A stretch of DNA of 62,307 nt, counting the filler. It is 4 parts of 4 records of this genome, joined end to end, with 100 filler letters (N's around TTAATTAATTAA, not from the genome) between each part and the next. Parts side by side here need not be neighbours in the genome. Positions count along the whole stretch, not along the records: positions 27,468 to 45,773 come from DRR723986_4961; 3 more parts are not named here. One strand, 5' to 3'. Under the pieces are notes generated by a model. The model had not been told where the DNA came from and did not search any database. It worked only from the letters and a program-made list of their open reading frames with translations. Made by a program: the position numbers and the translations under genes. Below are positions 27,868-37,127 of the stretch, one piece after another (positions within the stretch are counted from its first letter, which is position 1; each line of letters opens with the position of its first letter).

Positions 27868-29454
27868 ATGTACTACACAATCACACTTCTTTTTTTGATA
27901 TCCGCGATACAGCTTTTTGGCCGGGAAGTCATCTATGAACACAGCCTGGTAGGCGCGGGTGTCACGGACGAGAATCGGCATAGAATTGAGGTAATTGAAC
28001 AAAAACTTGTCATGGCGCAGCCCTGCTCCAAAACTGAACTGAGCTTCAGTGTTTTAGACAAAAATGGCAACTTTGTTAACTCACTTACGGCCACAGACTT
28101 TGTGATTAGTCTTAACACCAAAGGCACTGAAATTGAAGACTTTGAGCTTAAACAGCGCGAAACAACGCTGCCAGTTGACATCGTTTTCCTGATTGATGGA
28201 TCGCGTGGGTTTGCGAATGAGATATCGAGCCTCACACGCGCATTACGACAATTTGACCAGACGGTGCAGGACAGCGGTTTTGTTGATGCACGCTACAGCC
28301 TGATAAAGTTTAACAACAAGATTCGTTCGGCTACCTATCACGAATCGGCAGAATCGATGGCTGAGCTAATGCAGGAATTGTGGAAAACGCCAAGTAGATT
28401 TAGGAACAGCGGAAAAGAGAACACCGTTCTCGCATTGGAGTACGTTGCCTCTACCGAACATGAATTCCGCCATAATGCTATCCGGCGCGTAGTCTTGTTA
28501 ACAGATGAGGCATTCCAGGATGGTCGTGACGCTCCAGTAGAAGTGCCGGAAGAATTGCTTGGGAAACTCCAGCAGGCACGCATAGAAGTTTATCCAATCG
28601 TAGGCAACAATGCACAACGCTTTGTTCAGACTCCCGATGGGCCGATTTTGGCCATTGAACGTAGGATCGATGAATATGAAGCGGAAAAATACACGAGCAT
28701 TGCGACAGTTACCGGCGGTAAAATGATGCGATTTGACGAGGGAGTGAGTCTTCAGGCCTGTTTGCATCAGGCACTGACAGGCATCGCGAGTAAAAACCAA
28801 TCCTATTATTCGTTTAAATACTCTTATCCCGCCGGTGAGTTTACGGCAGATATCCACTTCGGTTTTGCCGGTTCTGACAATGTCATTCAGGGGCGCGATA
28901 TTGCCAATTCTTCTTTTGTGACAAAACGACTTGAGAATAGAGATATAAATGCGCTTGTTCAGCAGAATTCACAGTACGCAACCGCACTTGACACAACGAT
29001 GTTTAAGTACTACGCCCTGGTGGTGATTCCCTTTGCTGCCGGTGAGTACAGCGTAGATAAAATCAAGTATCACTCTGAACTGGAAGAACTCTCAGCAATT
29101 GTGCGTGCTAGCTGCAATGAGTTTAACGAAGACTTCTTTCTGATTGCGAGCGCTTCACCCGAATGGCAATCAGATAGCGATGTCAGGCAGATTGACAACA
29201 ACAACCTGCGCTTGAGCCGCCTACGCTTACAGGCCAGTCAAAATGCTTTTGTTAAACACTCGATTCCCGAATACAGCCGAATTGTTCCGATTAGCCTGGG
29301 GCGTTACAATCCCTTTGTAGGCGACGAATTTGATGCAATGGCTTCTGACAGATTAAACCAAATGTATCTGACGCAGCCGGCAATACCGGCCAAGTTTGCG
29401 CTCTATCGCTCCGCCTGGTTCATAGCCGGAGTTAAACGTACATTTACTGAATGA
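27868..29454 (+). CDS. Secreted vWA-domain protein with a possible degenerate OmpA-like C-terminus
   Basis: Signal-like N-terminus, DIVFLIDGSRG, VVLLTDE, IATVTGG and C-terminal ASASPE...NLRLSRLR. ATG 27868 follows GGAG. Confidence 0.75.
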   Translation: MYYTITLLFLISAIQLFGREVIYEHSLVGAGVTDENRHRIEVIEQKLVMAQPCSKTELSFSVLDKNGNFVNSLTATDFVISLNTKGTEIEDFELKQRETTLPVDIVFLIDGSRGFANEISSLTRALRQFDQTVQDSGFVDARYSLIKFNNKIRSATYHESAESMAELMQELWKTPSRFRNSGKENTVLALEYVASTEHEFRHNAIRRVVLLTDEAFQDGRDAPVEVPEELLGKLQQARIEVYPIVGNNAQRFVQTPDGPILAIERRIDEYEAEKYTSIATVTGGKMMRFDEGVSLQACLHQALTGIASKNQSYYSFKYSYPAGEFTADIHFGFAGSDNVIQGRDIANSSFVTKRLENRDINALVQQNSQYATALDTTMFKYYALVVIPFAAGEYSVDKIKYHSELEELSAIVRASCNEFNEDFFLIASASPEWQSDSDVRQIDNNNLRLSRLRLQASQNAFVKHSIPEYSRIVPISLGRYNPFVGDEFDAMASDRLNQMYLTQPAIPAKFALYRSAWFIAGVKRTFTE

Positions 29455-29547
29455 GCTGCACATTCCGGCCTTGATGCTGATTTGTAATCTTCAAGGCCGG
29501 GCAATAAACAATTAGCGCTGTTAAGTGCGCACATCTATGCCGCTGAA

Positions 29548-30768
29548 TTATTCCTTCAGAGTCGTCTCGACTTTCACAGTTGAATGCAGCGTTTTATGTA
29601 CTGGACAGCGGTCGGCAATTTCTAACATGCGCTTGCGCTGCGCATCTGTAAACTCGCCTTCCAGGAGCACTTTGCGGCGGAACACGTCAATTTTGGCATT
29701 GCCGCCGCCCTCATTGCTTTCGCAGTCCTCGGTGTGTTCCTTGGAGTGAATCACTTCAACTTCGGCGGCTTTTAATGCAATCTTTTTGTGGTCGGCATAC
29801 AGGCGCAACGTCATTGAAGTACAGGATGCCAGCGAGGCGGCGAGCAAGTCGTAGGGCGTTGGCCCAAGATCGGTTCCGCCCACCGAAGCCGGTTCGTCGG
29901 CCAGCAGTGGATGCCCATTGGCTCGAATTTCAGTCAGGAAGCCATCGTCCCCGGTGCGTGCCGTAACTGTTTTATCCTTGGTGCGGGGTTTGTCCTTGGC
30001 CAGCGGCAGGTCAATATACTTGGAGGCAATTGACGCAATCACGCGGCCGGCGTAGAGCGAATCTTCTTCACGACTTAACAAATGGTCGGCTTTGTCGAGC
30101 GACACAAAACTTTTGGGATGGCTGGCAGCCATAAAGATTTCGCCGGCCTGATCGATGCCAACCGTGTCGTCCAGCGGTGCGTGCAGCACGTTAATCGAAG
30201 CTTTGGTGGCGCGAATTGCCTGCTTCATCGCCACATCGGAAAGATCATCCAGAAACTGCTTTTTGATCGTAAATGGGCGTCCGGCAATACTGACGCGCGC
30301 AACTCCCTGTGCTTCGATTTCATCTATAGACGACTCCAGAATATGTTTTACATGCACCGGATTACACGGAGCACCGAGCGTCGCAACTGCTTTCACCGTT
30401 TTGATGTTTCGTGCCGCCTGCAAGACTGCTGCGCCACCCAGAGAGTGCCCTACCAGCAGTTGTGGCGACTGCAGTTCAGTGCGCATATACTCAGCCGCGG
30501 CCAGCAGGTCTTCGACATTGGATGAAAAGTTTGTGTCGGCAAAATCACCTTCGCTCTCACCCAGGCCGGTGAAGTCAAACCTGAATACGGCAACACCTTC
30601 CTGCGTAAGCGCACGGCTGATATTGCCGACGGCACGCAGATTCTTGTTGCAGGTAAAACAGTGTGCGAACAGGGCGTATGCCAGAGGTTTGCCATCAACG
30701 GGAGTGTCGAGCCGTGCAGACAATTGAGCGCCGGCTGCGCCGCTAAAAATTAGCTTGCGTGATTTCAT
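29548..30768 (-). CDS. Bifunctional alpha/beta hydrolase - OsmC family protein
   Basis: FAHCFTC, GHSLGG, ADEP..VGG.D.GPTPYDLL.ASL..CT and IADRCPVHKTL. Confidence 0.95.
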   Translation of the reverse strand: MKSRKLIFSGAAGAQLSARLDTPVDGKPLAYALFAHCFTCNKNLRAVGNISRALTQEGVAVFRFDFTGLGESEGDFADTNFSSNVEDLLAAAEYMRTELQSPQLLVGHSLGGAAVLQAARNIKTVKAVATLGAPCNPVHVKHILESSIDEIEAQGVARVSIAGRPFTIKKQFLDDLSDVAMKQAIRATKASINVLHAPLDDTVGIDQAGEIFMAASHPKSFVSLDKADHLLSREEDSLYAGRVIASIASKYIDLPLAKDKPRTKDKTVTARTGDDGFLTEIRANGHPLLADEPASVGGTDLGPTPYDLLAASLASCTSMTLRLYADHKKIALKAAEVEVIHSKEHTEDCESNEGGGNAKIDVFRRKVLLEGEFTDAQRKRMLEIADRCPVHKTLHSTVKVETTLKE

Positions 30769-30864
30769 AGCAGTGTCATAATCCGTATTTTATATGTGTT
30801 TGCAACCATCAAGTGCAAATTAGACGCAAAATCAGCAACAGCAAAACTACGAGGAGCGCAGCCG

Positions 30865-31869
30865 GTGAACCGGATTCACTACCCCCATAACAGTGCCAAA
30901 TGGCTGATGTTTTCGATCGTTTTTGCATTGTCACATCTTCTTCCACTCAACAACCGGAGTGCTGCAGCTATGGCGCAGACAGACAATAAAGTTCAGGCCA
31001 CTGAATTTGACAAATTGTGGAATTACAGGCAACCCGCTGAGACCGAAGAAAAGTTCCGCGCGGTTTTACCCGAACTCGTAGAGCTGGGCAATCTGGACCT
31101 GGAGTTGCAGCTGTGGACACAGATTGCGCGCTGCCAGGGTTTACAACGCAATTTTGCGGATGCCGATGCCACGCTCAATGAAGTGGACAAACGTTTAAGT
31201 GATGCCACGCCGCTTGCGGCAATCCGTGCAAGCCTGGAACGTGGCCGCGTACGCAATTCATCAAATGAACAAGCTAAAGCAATTCCCCACTTTGAAAAAG
31301 CTTGGGATGCGGCACGTAGCGCACAGGAAGATTTTCACGCCGTAGATGCAGCGCACATGCTCGGCATTGCACACAAAGGTGATGAAGCTAATGCCTGGAA
31401 TCAAAAGGCGGTAGTCGCTGCTGAAGCCAGCGATGACGAGCGCGCACGTAAGTGGCTGGGCGCATTGTACAATAACATCGGCTGGCACTACTTTGGCGCG
31501 GAAGAGTATGCAACTGCGGAGTCGTGGTTTGTCAAGACGCGCGATTGGTATGCTGCACATGAATTAAAACGCGGCGAAGACATCGCACGCTGGAGTATCG
31601 CCAAAAGCTGGCGCCTGCAAGGCAGGTCCGCAGAGGCCCTGGAGCTGCAGGAAACTCTGTTAAGTGAATACAGAGCTGCCGATCGTGATAACGACGGGTA
31701 TGTCTACGAAGAGATCGCAGAGTGTCTACTTGCGCTGGAACGCGTCGAAGAGTCGCGTCCATACTTCAGCAAAGCGCATGAGATGTTGGCGCAGGACCAG
31801 TGGCTTCAGGCCAATGAGTCTGCGCGTCTGGAACGACTTAAACAACTCTCAGGAGCGGAAGGCAAATAA
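30865..31869 (+). CDS. Tetratricopeptide repeat protein
   Basis: Helical repeats with TQIAR.QGL, LERGRV.NS, DAAHML and LYNNIGW. Start uncertain (GTG 30865 after GAGGAG, or ATG 30970). Confidence 0.85.
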   Translation: MNRIHYPHNSAKWLMFSIVFALSHLLPLNNRSAAAMAQTDNKVQATEFDKLWNYRQPAETEEKFRAVLPELVELGNLDLELQLWTQIARCQGLQRNFADADATLNEVDKRLSDATPLAAIRASLERGRVRNSSNEQAKAIPHFEKAWDAARSAQEDFHAVDAAHMLGIAHKGDEANAWNQKAVVAAEASDDERARKWLGALYNNIGWHYFGAEEYATAESWFVKTRDWYAAHELKRGEDIARWSIAKSWRLQGRSAEALELQETLLSEYRAADRDNDGYVYEEIAECLLALERVEESRPYFSKAHEMLAQDQWLQANESARLERLKQLSGAEGK

Positions 31870-31927
31870 ACGGCGACCTGTGCCGCAGGTTGGTCAATGC
31901 GTTCAGATGGACCTTTGGTTCAGCGGC

Positions 31928-32053
31928 TTAGAATGCCAGGCTGAACATCACAACTACAAAGGCTATGAACCCAATGAAAAAGCCGATGGCTATACGAACC
32001 CCACGTTTGTGGTCTTTTTCGGCGATCTTCTTGCGGCGTTTTCTCTTTGCCAT
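31928..32053 (-). CDS. Small 41-aa single-TM protein
   Basis: MAKRKRRKKIAEKDHKRGVRIAIGFFIGFIAFVVVMFSLAF, with AGGAG upstream. Confidence 0.6.
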   Translation of the reverse strand: MAKRKRRKKIAEKDHKRGVRIAIGFFIGFIAFVVVMFSLAF

Positions 32054-32247
32054 CTGTGTCCCACTTCTCCTACCTTCGGCAATCTGCAATACAGTGCCGC
32101 CAGGTGATAAAATAATACATAGAACAAGTGTCATGTGATTGCTGACAATTACAGCCAGCGCACGCGTGTCAATTCGGATGATACAAAATTCAATTATTAA
32201 GCGCAATAACTACTGCACAGAATCCGAAGAGTAAAAATGCGCGGCCA

Positions 32248-32275
32248 TGTAAACCTTTGTTGGCGAGCCAGCGTC
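32248..32275 (+). promoter_or_regulatory. ECF sigma-type promoter (probably autoregulatory)
   Basis: TGTAAAC-N17-CGTC, 25 bp upstream of the ECF sigma ATG. Confidence 0.6.
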
Positions 32276-32300
32276 AAATGCGGCGATTGAGAAAAATGGT

Positions 32301-32897
32301 ATGAGCGAGGAATCCACAAAAAACAAAGCGATAGAGCAAGCGGAAGTCGAATCTGACTTTCGGCGCTTTGTGGAAGATAACCGCCGCACAGTCTTCATGT
32401 TAGCCCTGGACCTTAGTGGCGATCATGCGGACGCTGACGACATAACACAAGATGTGTTCGTCAAGGCCTACGCTTCTTTTGCAGATTTCCGTGGCGACGC
32501 CAAAGCAAGTACCTGGTTGTACCGCATAACGGTCAACACGTTCATAGATCGTTCGCGGCGCAAAGCGCACATGGCGCTCAAACATGGCGAACGCATCGAG
32601 ACGGAATTTGATCAGGCTCGCTTTCTGAACAGCAGTACGCCAGGTGGAGACCCTGAGGCCCAAACGGCAGCGGCTGAAATCAGAAAACATTTGGAACTGG
32701 CGCTGGAGAAGCTGTCGCCGCAGCAGCGCACTGTATTTGTACTGCGGCATTACAAGCAATTAGCGCTAAAGGAAATCGCAGAACATCTCTCGATTTCCGA
32801 GGGCACGGTTAAAAGCCTGCTCTTCCGCGCGATACGTCGATTGCGCGAAATACTTTCGCACTATCGCAGTGAATTAGGACTGGAGGAATCGGCATGA
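32301..32897 (+). CDS. ECF RNA polymerase sigma factor
   Basis: DADDITQDVFVKAY, STWLYRITVN and LKEIAEHLSISEGTVKSLLFRA. Confidence 0.95.
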   Translation: MSEESTKNKAIEQAEVESDFRRFVEDNRRTVFMLALDLSGDHADADDITQDVFVKAYASFADFRGDAKASTWLYRITVNTFIDRSRRKAHMALKHGERIETEFDQARFLNSSTPGGDPEAQTAAAEIRKHLELALEKLSPQQRTVFVLRHYKQLALKEIAEHLSISEGTVKSLLFRAIRRLREILSHYRSELGLEESA

Positions 32898-33790
32898 GTG
32901 ACTGGACTCCAATTGAACACCTGCTGGACAAAGCCCTGTACTCCGAATTGCAGCCGGCTGAACAGGCACAATTCGATGCCTTCCTGGCCAAACATCCTGC
33001 CAAACGCCAGGAGTTTGATCAAATGCGCGCCACACTTGCCCTGATGGACAAGCGTTCGCTGCAGGAACCCAACGAAGACTACTGGCAGCACCTGACTGAC
33101 GCAGTCGTGAAGCGCGTGGGCCGCGAAGCGACTGTAGCTGCGGACGCCGGACGCAGAGATTCCCTGACAAAAGACTCCCAGCCAAAAGCCCCACATTCAA
33201 AAGAATTCACTGTTCATCCGATCGGCATGGCCGCACAGATGCGCAAGAGATTAGCAAGCGCGCAGTCCTGGGTGTTTCAACTGACGGCTGCCGCCGCTCT
33301 CCTCCTGGTCGGCTTTTTTGCTGGGCGCGCTTCCGAGAGCGCCGACGGCATGCAGATGGCTGGAAATTCCAATTCTTATGGATTTTCGCTGGACCGCCAC
33401 AGTCTCCCACTCATTGAAGCCAGTGACGATATGCCCTTGCAATCACGCGTGCGCTCCTACCTGGAACGCTCTTCGTTCCTCCTGATGCTCAACGGTTCTC
33501 CGGAGCTGGATCACGATGCGCTGCTCAGCTGCGGTTTTGATCTCGATCACCAGCAGGAAATGTCGCGCGAGCTACTTGTGCAAACACGGTCCCTGCAGAG
33601 TGAATTGAATGCAGCCAAGAGTCCGCATGGACGGGCGATCGGTGATTTGGTGGCAGATATCGAAGGATACCTCGTCAGCATCAGTGAACTGAGTGATCCA
33701 CGTGATATTCACACGCTGCAACCGCTGCACCGCCAAATGGATGAGATATTTTGCCAGGTGAAGTGCAATCTGGACGAATTGGGTCAATAG
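32894..33790 (+). CDS. Putative membrane anti-sigma factor
   Basis: ATGA overlap with the sigma gene, an ASD-like N-terminus (LYSELQPAE..QFDAFL) and a single TM segment (AAAALLLVGFFAG). Confidence 0.75.
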   Translation: MSDWTPIEHLLDKALYSELQPAEQAQFDAFLAKHPAKRQEFDQMRATLALMDKRSLQEPNEDYWQHLTDAVVKRVGREATVAADAGRRDSLTKDSQPKAPHSKEFTVHPIGMAAQMRKRLASAQSWVFQLTAAAALLLVGFFAGRASESADGMQMAGNSNSYGFSLDRHSLPLIEASDDMPLQSRVRSYLERSSFLLMLNGSPELDHDALLSCGFDLDHQQEMSRELLVQTRSLQSELNAAKSPHGRAIGDLVADIEGYLVSISELSDPRDIHTLQPLHRQMDEIFCQVKCNLDELGQ

Positions 33791-33870
33791 ACTGCCTCTG
33801 TGTTGTTTCGCAGGCATTTCACATTCTACTTCTCAGCTTTTTTTCTTAGCCTTTATTGTGGAGCGCTTCC

Positions 33871-34548
33871 GTGAGTTTCAAAGTAATCTGCCTTGTCTTT
33901 TTGGCTGCAACAGCAAACGTTTGGGCGCAACCACAACTCGAAATTGAAGTTGGCAAGAAATACAGCTGGGGTGACGTCCGCCAAAGTGATGAACCGCTGG
34001 AAGCGCGCATTCCGCTCAAAAATGTCGGGGATCAAACGCTGATCGTCCGCAATGTTCGCACCAGTTGCTCCTGCACCGTGGCACCACTGGACAAGGATAC
34101 GCTGCTACCGAATGAATCCACATTCATGACCGTCAAACTGGACATCCGTGGCAAACTCGGCAAACTTGAGAAGAGCATTTCGATTTCTACCAACAATCCG
34201 GACAAACCGGTTTCTTACTTGTCCGTCGGTGCCAACATTGTTGTGCCTGTGGCTGTCTCACCCGCCTACTTCAGGTTTCCACAACTGGCGGTTGGCGTTG
34301 AGGCGCGTTCAACGGTTGAACTGACGAATACGACTGAAGAGTCAATCATCATTGTTGACGTGGCTCCCAATGGTGATGTGCAATTGGATCTGGAAACGCC
34401 TTTTGAGCTCAAAGCCGGCGAGCGACGTCTTGTCAATGCTGCAATCACACCCAAGAGCACTGGAGCGGTGCGCCTGAATGTTCAGCTAAAAACCAGCCAC
34501 CCCGAACAGCCATTTGTAGAGTTGCGCGGTTTTGGTCACGCCCTCTAA
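33871..34548 (+). CDS. DUF1573 / Ig-like secreted protein
   Basis: Signal peptide, then KNVGDQTLIVRNVRTSCSCT. GTG start after GGAG. Confidence 0.85.
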   Translation: MSFKVICLVFLAATANVWAQPQLEIEVGKKYSWGDVRQSDEPLEARIPLKNVGDQTLIVRNVRTSCSCTVAPLDKDTLLPNESTFMTVKLDIRGKLGKLEKSISISTNNPDKPVSYLSVGANIVVPVAVSPAYFRFPQLAVGVEARSTVELTNTTEESIIIVDVAPNGDVQLDLETPFELKAGERRLVNAAITPKSTGAVRLNVQLKTSHPEQPFVELRGFGHAL

Positions 34549-34671
34549 TTATCGAATTGCATAATTATTTCTTGATTCGTTGCCGAAAATGGCGGCATTT
34601 AAGCGCAGGAATGATATTTTTGCACTTAGTCTTTTTGCATCTTGATTCTGACAGCATAGGTACGAGTACAT

Positions 34672-35274
34672 ATGACCCGCAGTAATGCAGCCATTTTTGG
34701 TCTTCCAGCCAGCAAAACACTAACATTTGCCAGCGTTGTCGCCGGCTCCGGAATTATCGCACTCAGTGCACAAATCTCACTTGATTTGCCATTCAGCCCC
34801 GTCCCAATTACTGGTCAAACGTTTGGTGTTCTGCTTGTAGCAGCAATGCTGGGAATGCGCCAGGGAACGTCCGCAGTTCTTGCCTACCTGGGCCAGGGCG
34901 CTCTTGGACTCCCCGTATTTGCCGGCGGTGCCGCAGGCGCACATCATCTCTTTGGACCAACAGGCGGATACCTGTTTGGTTTCGTTTTTGCGGCAATGAT
35001 CGTTGGGCTGGCTGCTGATCGCGGCTGGCGTGCTTCTTTCAGCAAAATGGCTCTGTCCATGACTGCTGCTACCGCTGCTATTTTTGCCTGCGGAGTGTTT
35101 TGGTTGTCTTCGATTGTAGCAGTCGCGGGTGACGGAGTTGGCCTGGCACATTTGATGAGTGCGGCCGTTTATCCCTACCTGCCTGGTGGCGCCATTAAAA
35201 TTGCCGCTGCAGCTGCATTGGTCTTTGGCATGCGCAAATTGATTGACAAAAAGCCGAATACAGAGACCGCTTAA
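34672..35274 (+). CDS. bioY: Biotin transporter BioY
   Basis: PVPITGQT, GALGLPVFAGG and GPTGGYL.GF. Confidence 0.95.
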   Translation: MTRSNAAIFGLPASKTLTFASVVAGSGIIALSAQISLDLPFSPVPITGQTFGVLLVAAMLGMRQGTSAVLAYLGQGALGLPVFAGGAAGAHHLFGPTGGYLFGFVFAAMIVGLAADRGWRASFSKMALSMTAATAAIFACGVFWLSSIVAVAGDGVGLAHLMSAAVYPYLPGGAIKIAAAAALVFGMRKLIDKKPNTETA

Positions 35275-35398
35275 TCTGATTTACAGGCCGTTTAGCACCA
35301 CTTTACGGCCGTTTATGTCTTTACGCTTGTGCAGCCACGCCAAGTGTTGAAAATTGGTCGCATCATCTTTTGTTTAACAGCAAGAAGGAAGCGACCTT

Positions 35399-35773
35399 TT
35401 GAACGAAAAACCCGCCAAAGACAAAAGCCTCGACTTTGCCATTCGCATTGTCGAGGCCTGCCGAGAATTAAAAGCCGATCAACACAGTGATGAACTCGTG
35501 CGTGAGCTGTTTAACAGCGGCACGGGCGTTGGCATGTACGTGCGCAATGCCGATGGAAGTCCGACCAAGACAGAGTTCCTGGCCTGCATGCAGGCCGCCT
35601 ACCAAAAAGCGCGCGTAAGCGACTACTGGCTGCGTGTGACACGTGCAGCAGGCTTACTTGACCCCGACAGTTGTGATGCACTTCTGGACGACTGTGATGC
35701 GCTCCTGCGCATTCTGGGAAGTACCTGTAAGACTATCCGCACGAATATGAACGCAGCCAAACAGGCAGCTTAG
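35399..35773 (+). CDS. Four helix bundle protein (TIGR02436 / 23S rRNA IVP-like)
   Basis: KDKSLDFAIRIV, ELFNSGTGVG..V..A, EF...M..A......DYWL. TTG start. Confidence 0.85.
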   Translation: MNEKPAKDKSLDFAIRIVEACRELKADQHSDELVRELFNSGTGVGMYVRNADGSPTKTEFLACMQAAYQKARVSDYWLRVTRAAGLLDPDSCDALLDDCDALLRILGSTCKTIRTNMNAAKQAA

Positions 35774-35813
35774 CTGTCAGCTTAACTTTCAGTTGAACTG
35801 CCAGCTTAACAAT
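35766..35813. repeat. Four degenerate 12-bp tandem repeats
   Basis: CAGCTTAGCTGT / CAGCTTAACTTT / CAGTTGAACTGC / CAGCTTAACAAT. Confidence 0.7.
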
Positions 35814-35873
35814 CGCTGCCTGTAACTGCCGAACCAGAACTTCTATGAAATTGTAACTTCGGTCGCCCTAACC

Positions 35874-35910
35874 GAAAGAACGGGTGTGAGAGCGCGCCTC
35901 CACCCGTTCT
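35874..35910 (-). terminator. Probable terminator downstream of trhO
   Basis: Stem AGAACGGGTG / CACCCGTTCT between convergent genes. Confidence 0.6.
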
Positions 35911-35940
35911 GATTTTGCGGAAGAGTAAACAAGACGCGGT

Positions 35941-36705
35941 TTACTCGCGAATGCCGCCGGTAGCAGCTTCGTCTTTATCGATGGTGATGCGATCGTCAAA
36001 AACGTACATTTTGCCTTCAAAAAATTCTTTGTCGGTGTGTTCATCTTTAAGATAAGCGGCAATGCCACCGCGCAGCTGCGCCACGTTTTCAAATCCTTCG
36101 TTAATCAGGTAACCGGTCAGCTTTTCGCAGCGGATACCGCCGGTGCAGTAGGTTAACACGCGTTTGTTCTTGTGATCCTTGAAGTGTTTGCGAATCCACT
36201 TGGGAAATTCGCGGAAGGTTTTGACATCGGGGCGGATTGCATTTTTGAAGTGGCCTTCGTCCCATTCATAGTCGGTACGGCCGTCCAGGACGATGACTTC
36301 TTCGTTGCGCAGCTCATCAAAGAAGCGCATTGGCTCAAGGTATTCGCCTGTAAGTTCATTTGGATCGAGGCCATCGGCTTCGCCGAAGTTAATCAGGGAA
36401 TTGACGGGTTTGACGCTCATGCGCGGGAACAGATGTTCATCGACTTCATCGATTTTGAACATGATGTCCGCAAAACGTTGATCCATATGCACTGCATTCA
36501 TGTAGGCATCACACTGTTCCGGCGTTCCCGTCAGTGTGCCGTTGATACCTTCTTCTGCAACCAGGATGCGCCCTTTGATCCCGAGTGCCTGGCAGAACGC
36601 CAAGTGTTTCGCCGCATATTCTTCAAAATCGGCGAGTTTGATAAACTTGTAAAACAGAAGCAGGCGCAGGGCCTTGGGAGTGTGGACGCGTGTTGGAGAT
36701 TTCAC
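35941..36705 (-). CDS. trhO: Rhodanese-related tRNA uridine(34) hydroxylase (UPF0176)
   Basis: LLFYKF, KGRILVAEEGINGT, YCTGGIRCEK, QLRGGI..Y and YVFDDR. Confidence 0.9.
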   Translation of the reverse strand: MKSPTRVHTPKALRLLLFYKFIKLADFEEYAAKHLAFCQALGIKGRILVAEEGINGTLTGTPEQCDAYMNAVHMDQRFADIMFKIDEVDEHLFPRMSVKPVNSLINFGEADGLDPNELTGEYLEPMRFFDELRNEEVIVLDGRTDYEWDEGHFKNAIRPDVKTFREFPKWIRKHFKDHKNKRVLTYCTGGIRCEKLTGYLINEGFENVAQLRGGIAAYLKDEHTDKEFFEGKMYVFDDRITIDKDEAATGGIRE

Positions 36706-37026
36706 AGAATTGTTAACAGATTAAGAATGAGAAAATCAATGAATTCAGAGCCATTCGCGGAGGCTGCCTGGACTCGGGAACATCGGCTCAGATTACTGGA
36801 CGTTTTTTCTCTCTGAGACTGTCGGCAGCCTCAGAGACTTCAGGCTTTGGGTGCAGCGACTAACAAAAATCCTCAAGAAAGGGAGGCCTTGGCTGACAAG
36901 GCAAACCTTCTGACCAGGAAGCCGCTAAACAATTCCAATCCAGCTATTTAGGTACAAGCAGATTAATCTGCAATGACCTGTGTCCGCGGACAGCCAAAAA
37001 GCCATAAAACTGCTTAAATGCAGGCC

Positions 37027-37059
37027 AAAAGAAAGCTCAGGATGTTGTCCACCCTGAGC
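37027..37059 (-). terminator. Intrinsic terminator downstream of the E1 gene
   Basis: Minus strand GCTCAGGGTG-GACAA-CATCCTGAGC-TTTCTTTT. Confidence 0.8.
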
Positions 37060-37127
37060 CGTCTTGTAGAATCGTTTTCACAGAACGCTCACTTTCCTGC
37101 CGGAGCACACAAACACGTGGCGCGACT

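Noticed and set aside
35399-35773. DGR Avd interpretation of the four-helix-bundle gene
   Set aside because: No reverse transcriptase and no TR/VR repeat pair seen on the contig.
36896-36932. c-di-GMP-I riboswitch-like GGCAAACC...CGC string
   Set aside because: Lacks the GNRA loop and second stem, and it is on the plus strand with no downstream gene.
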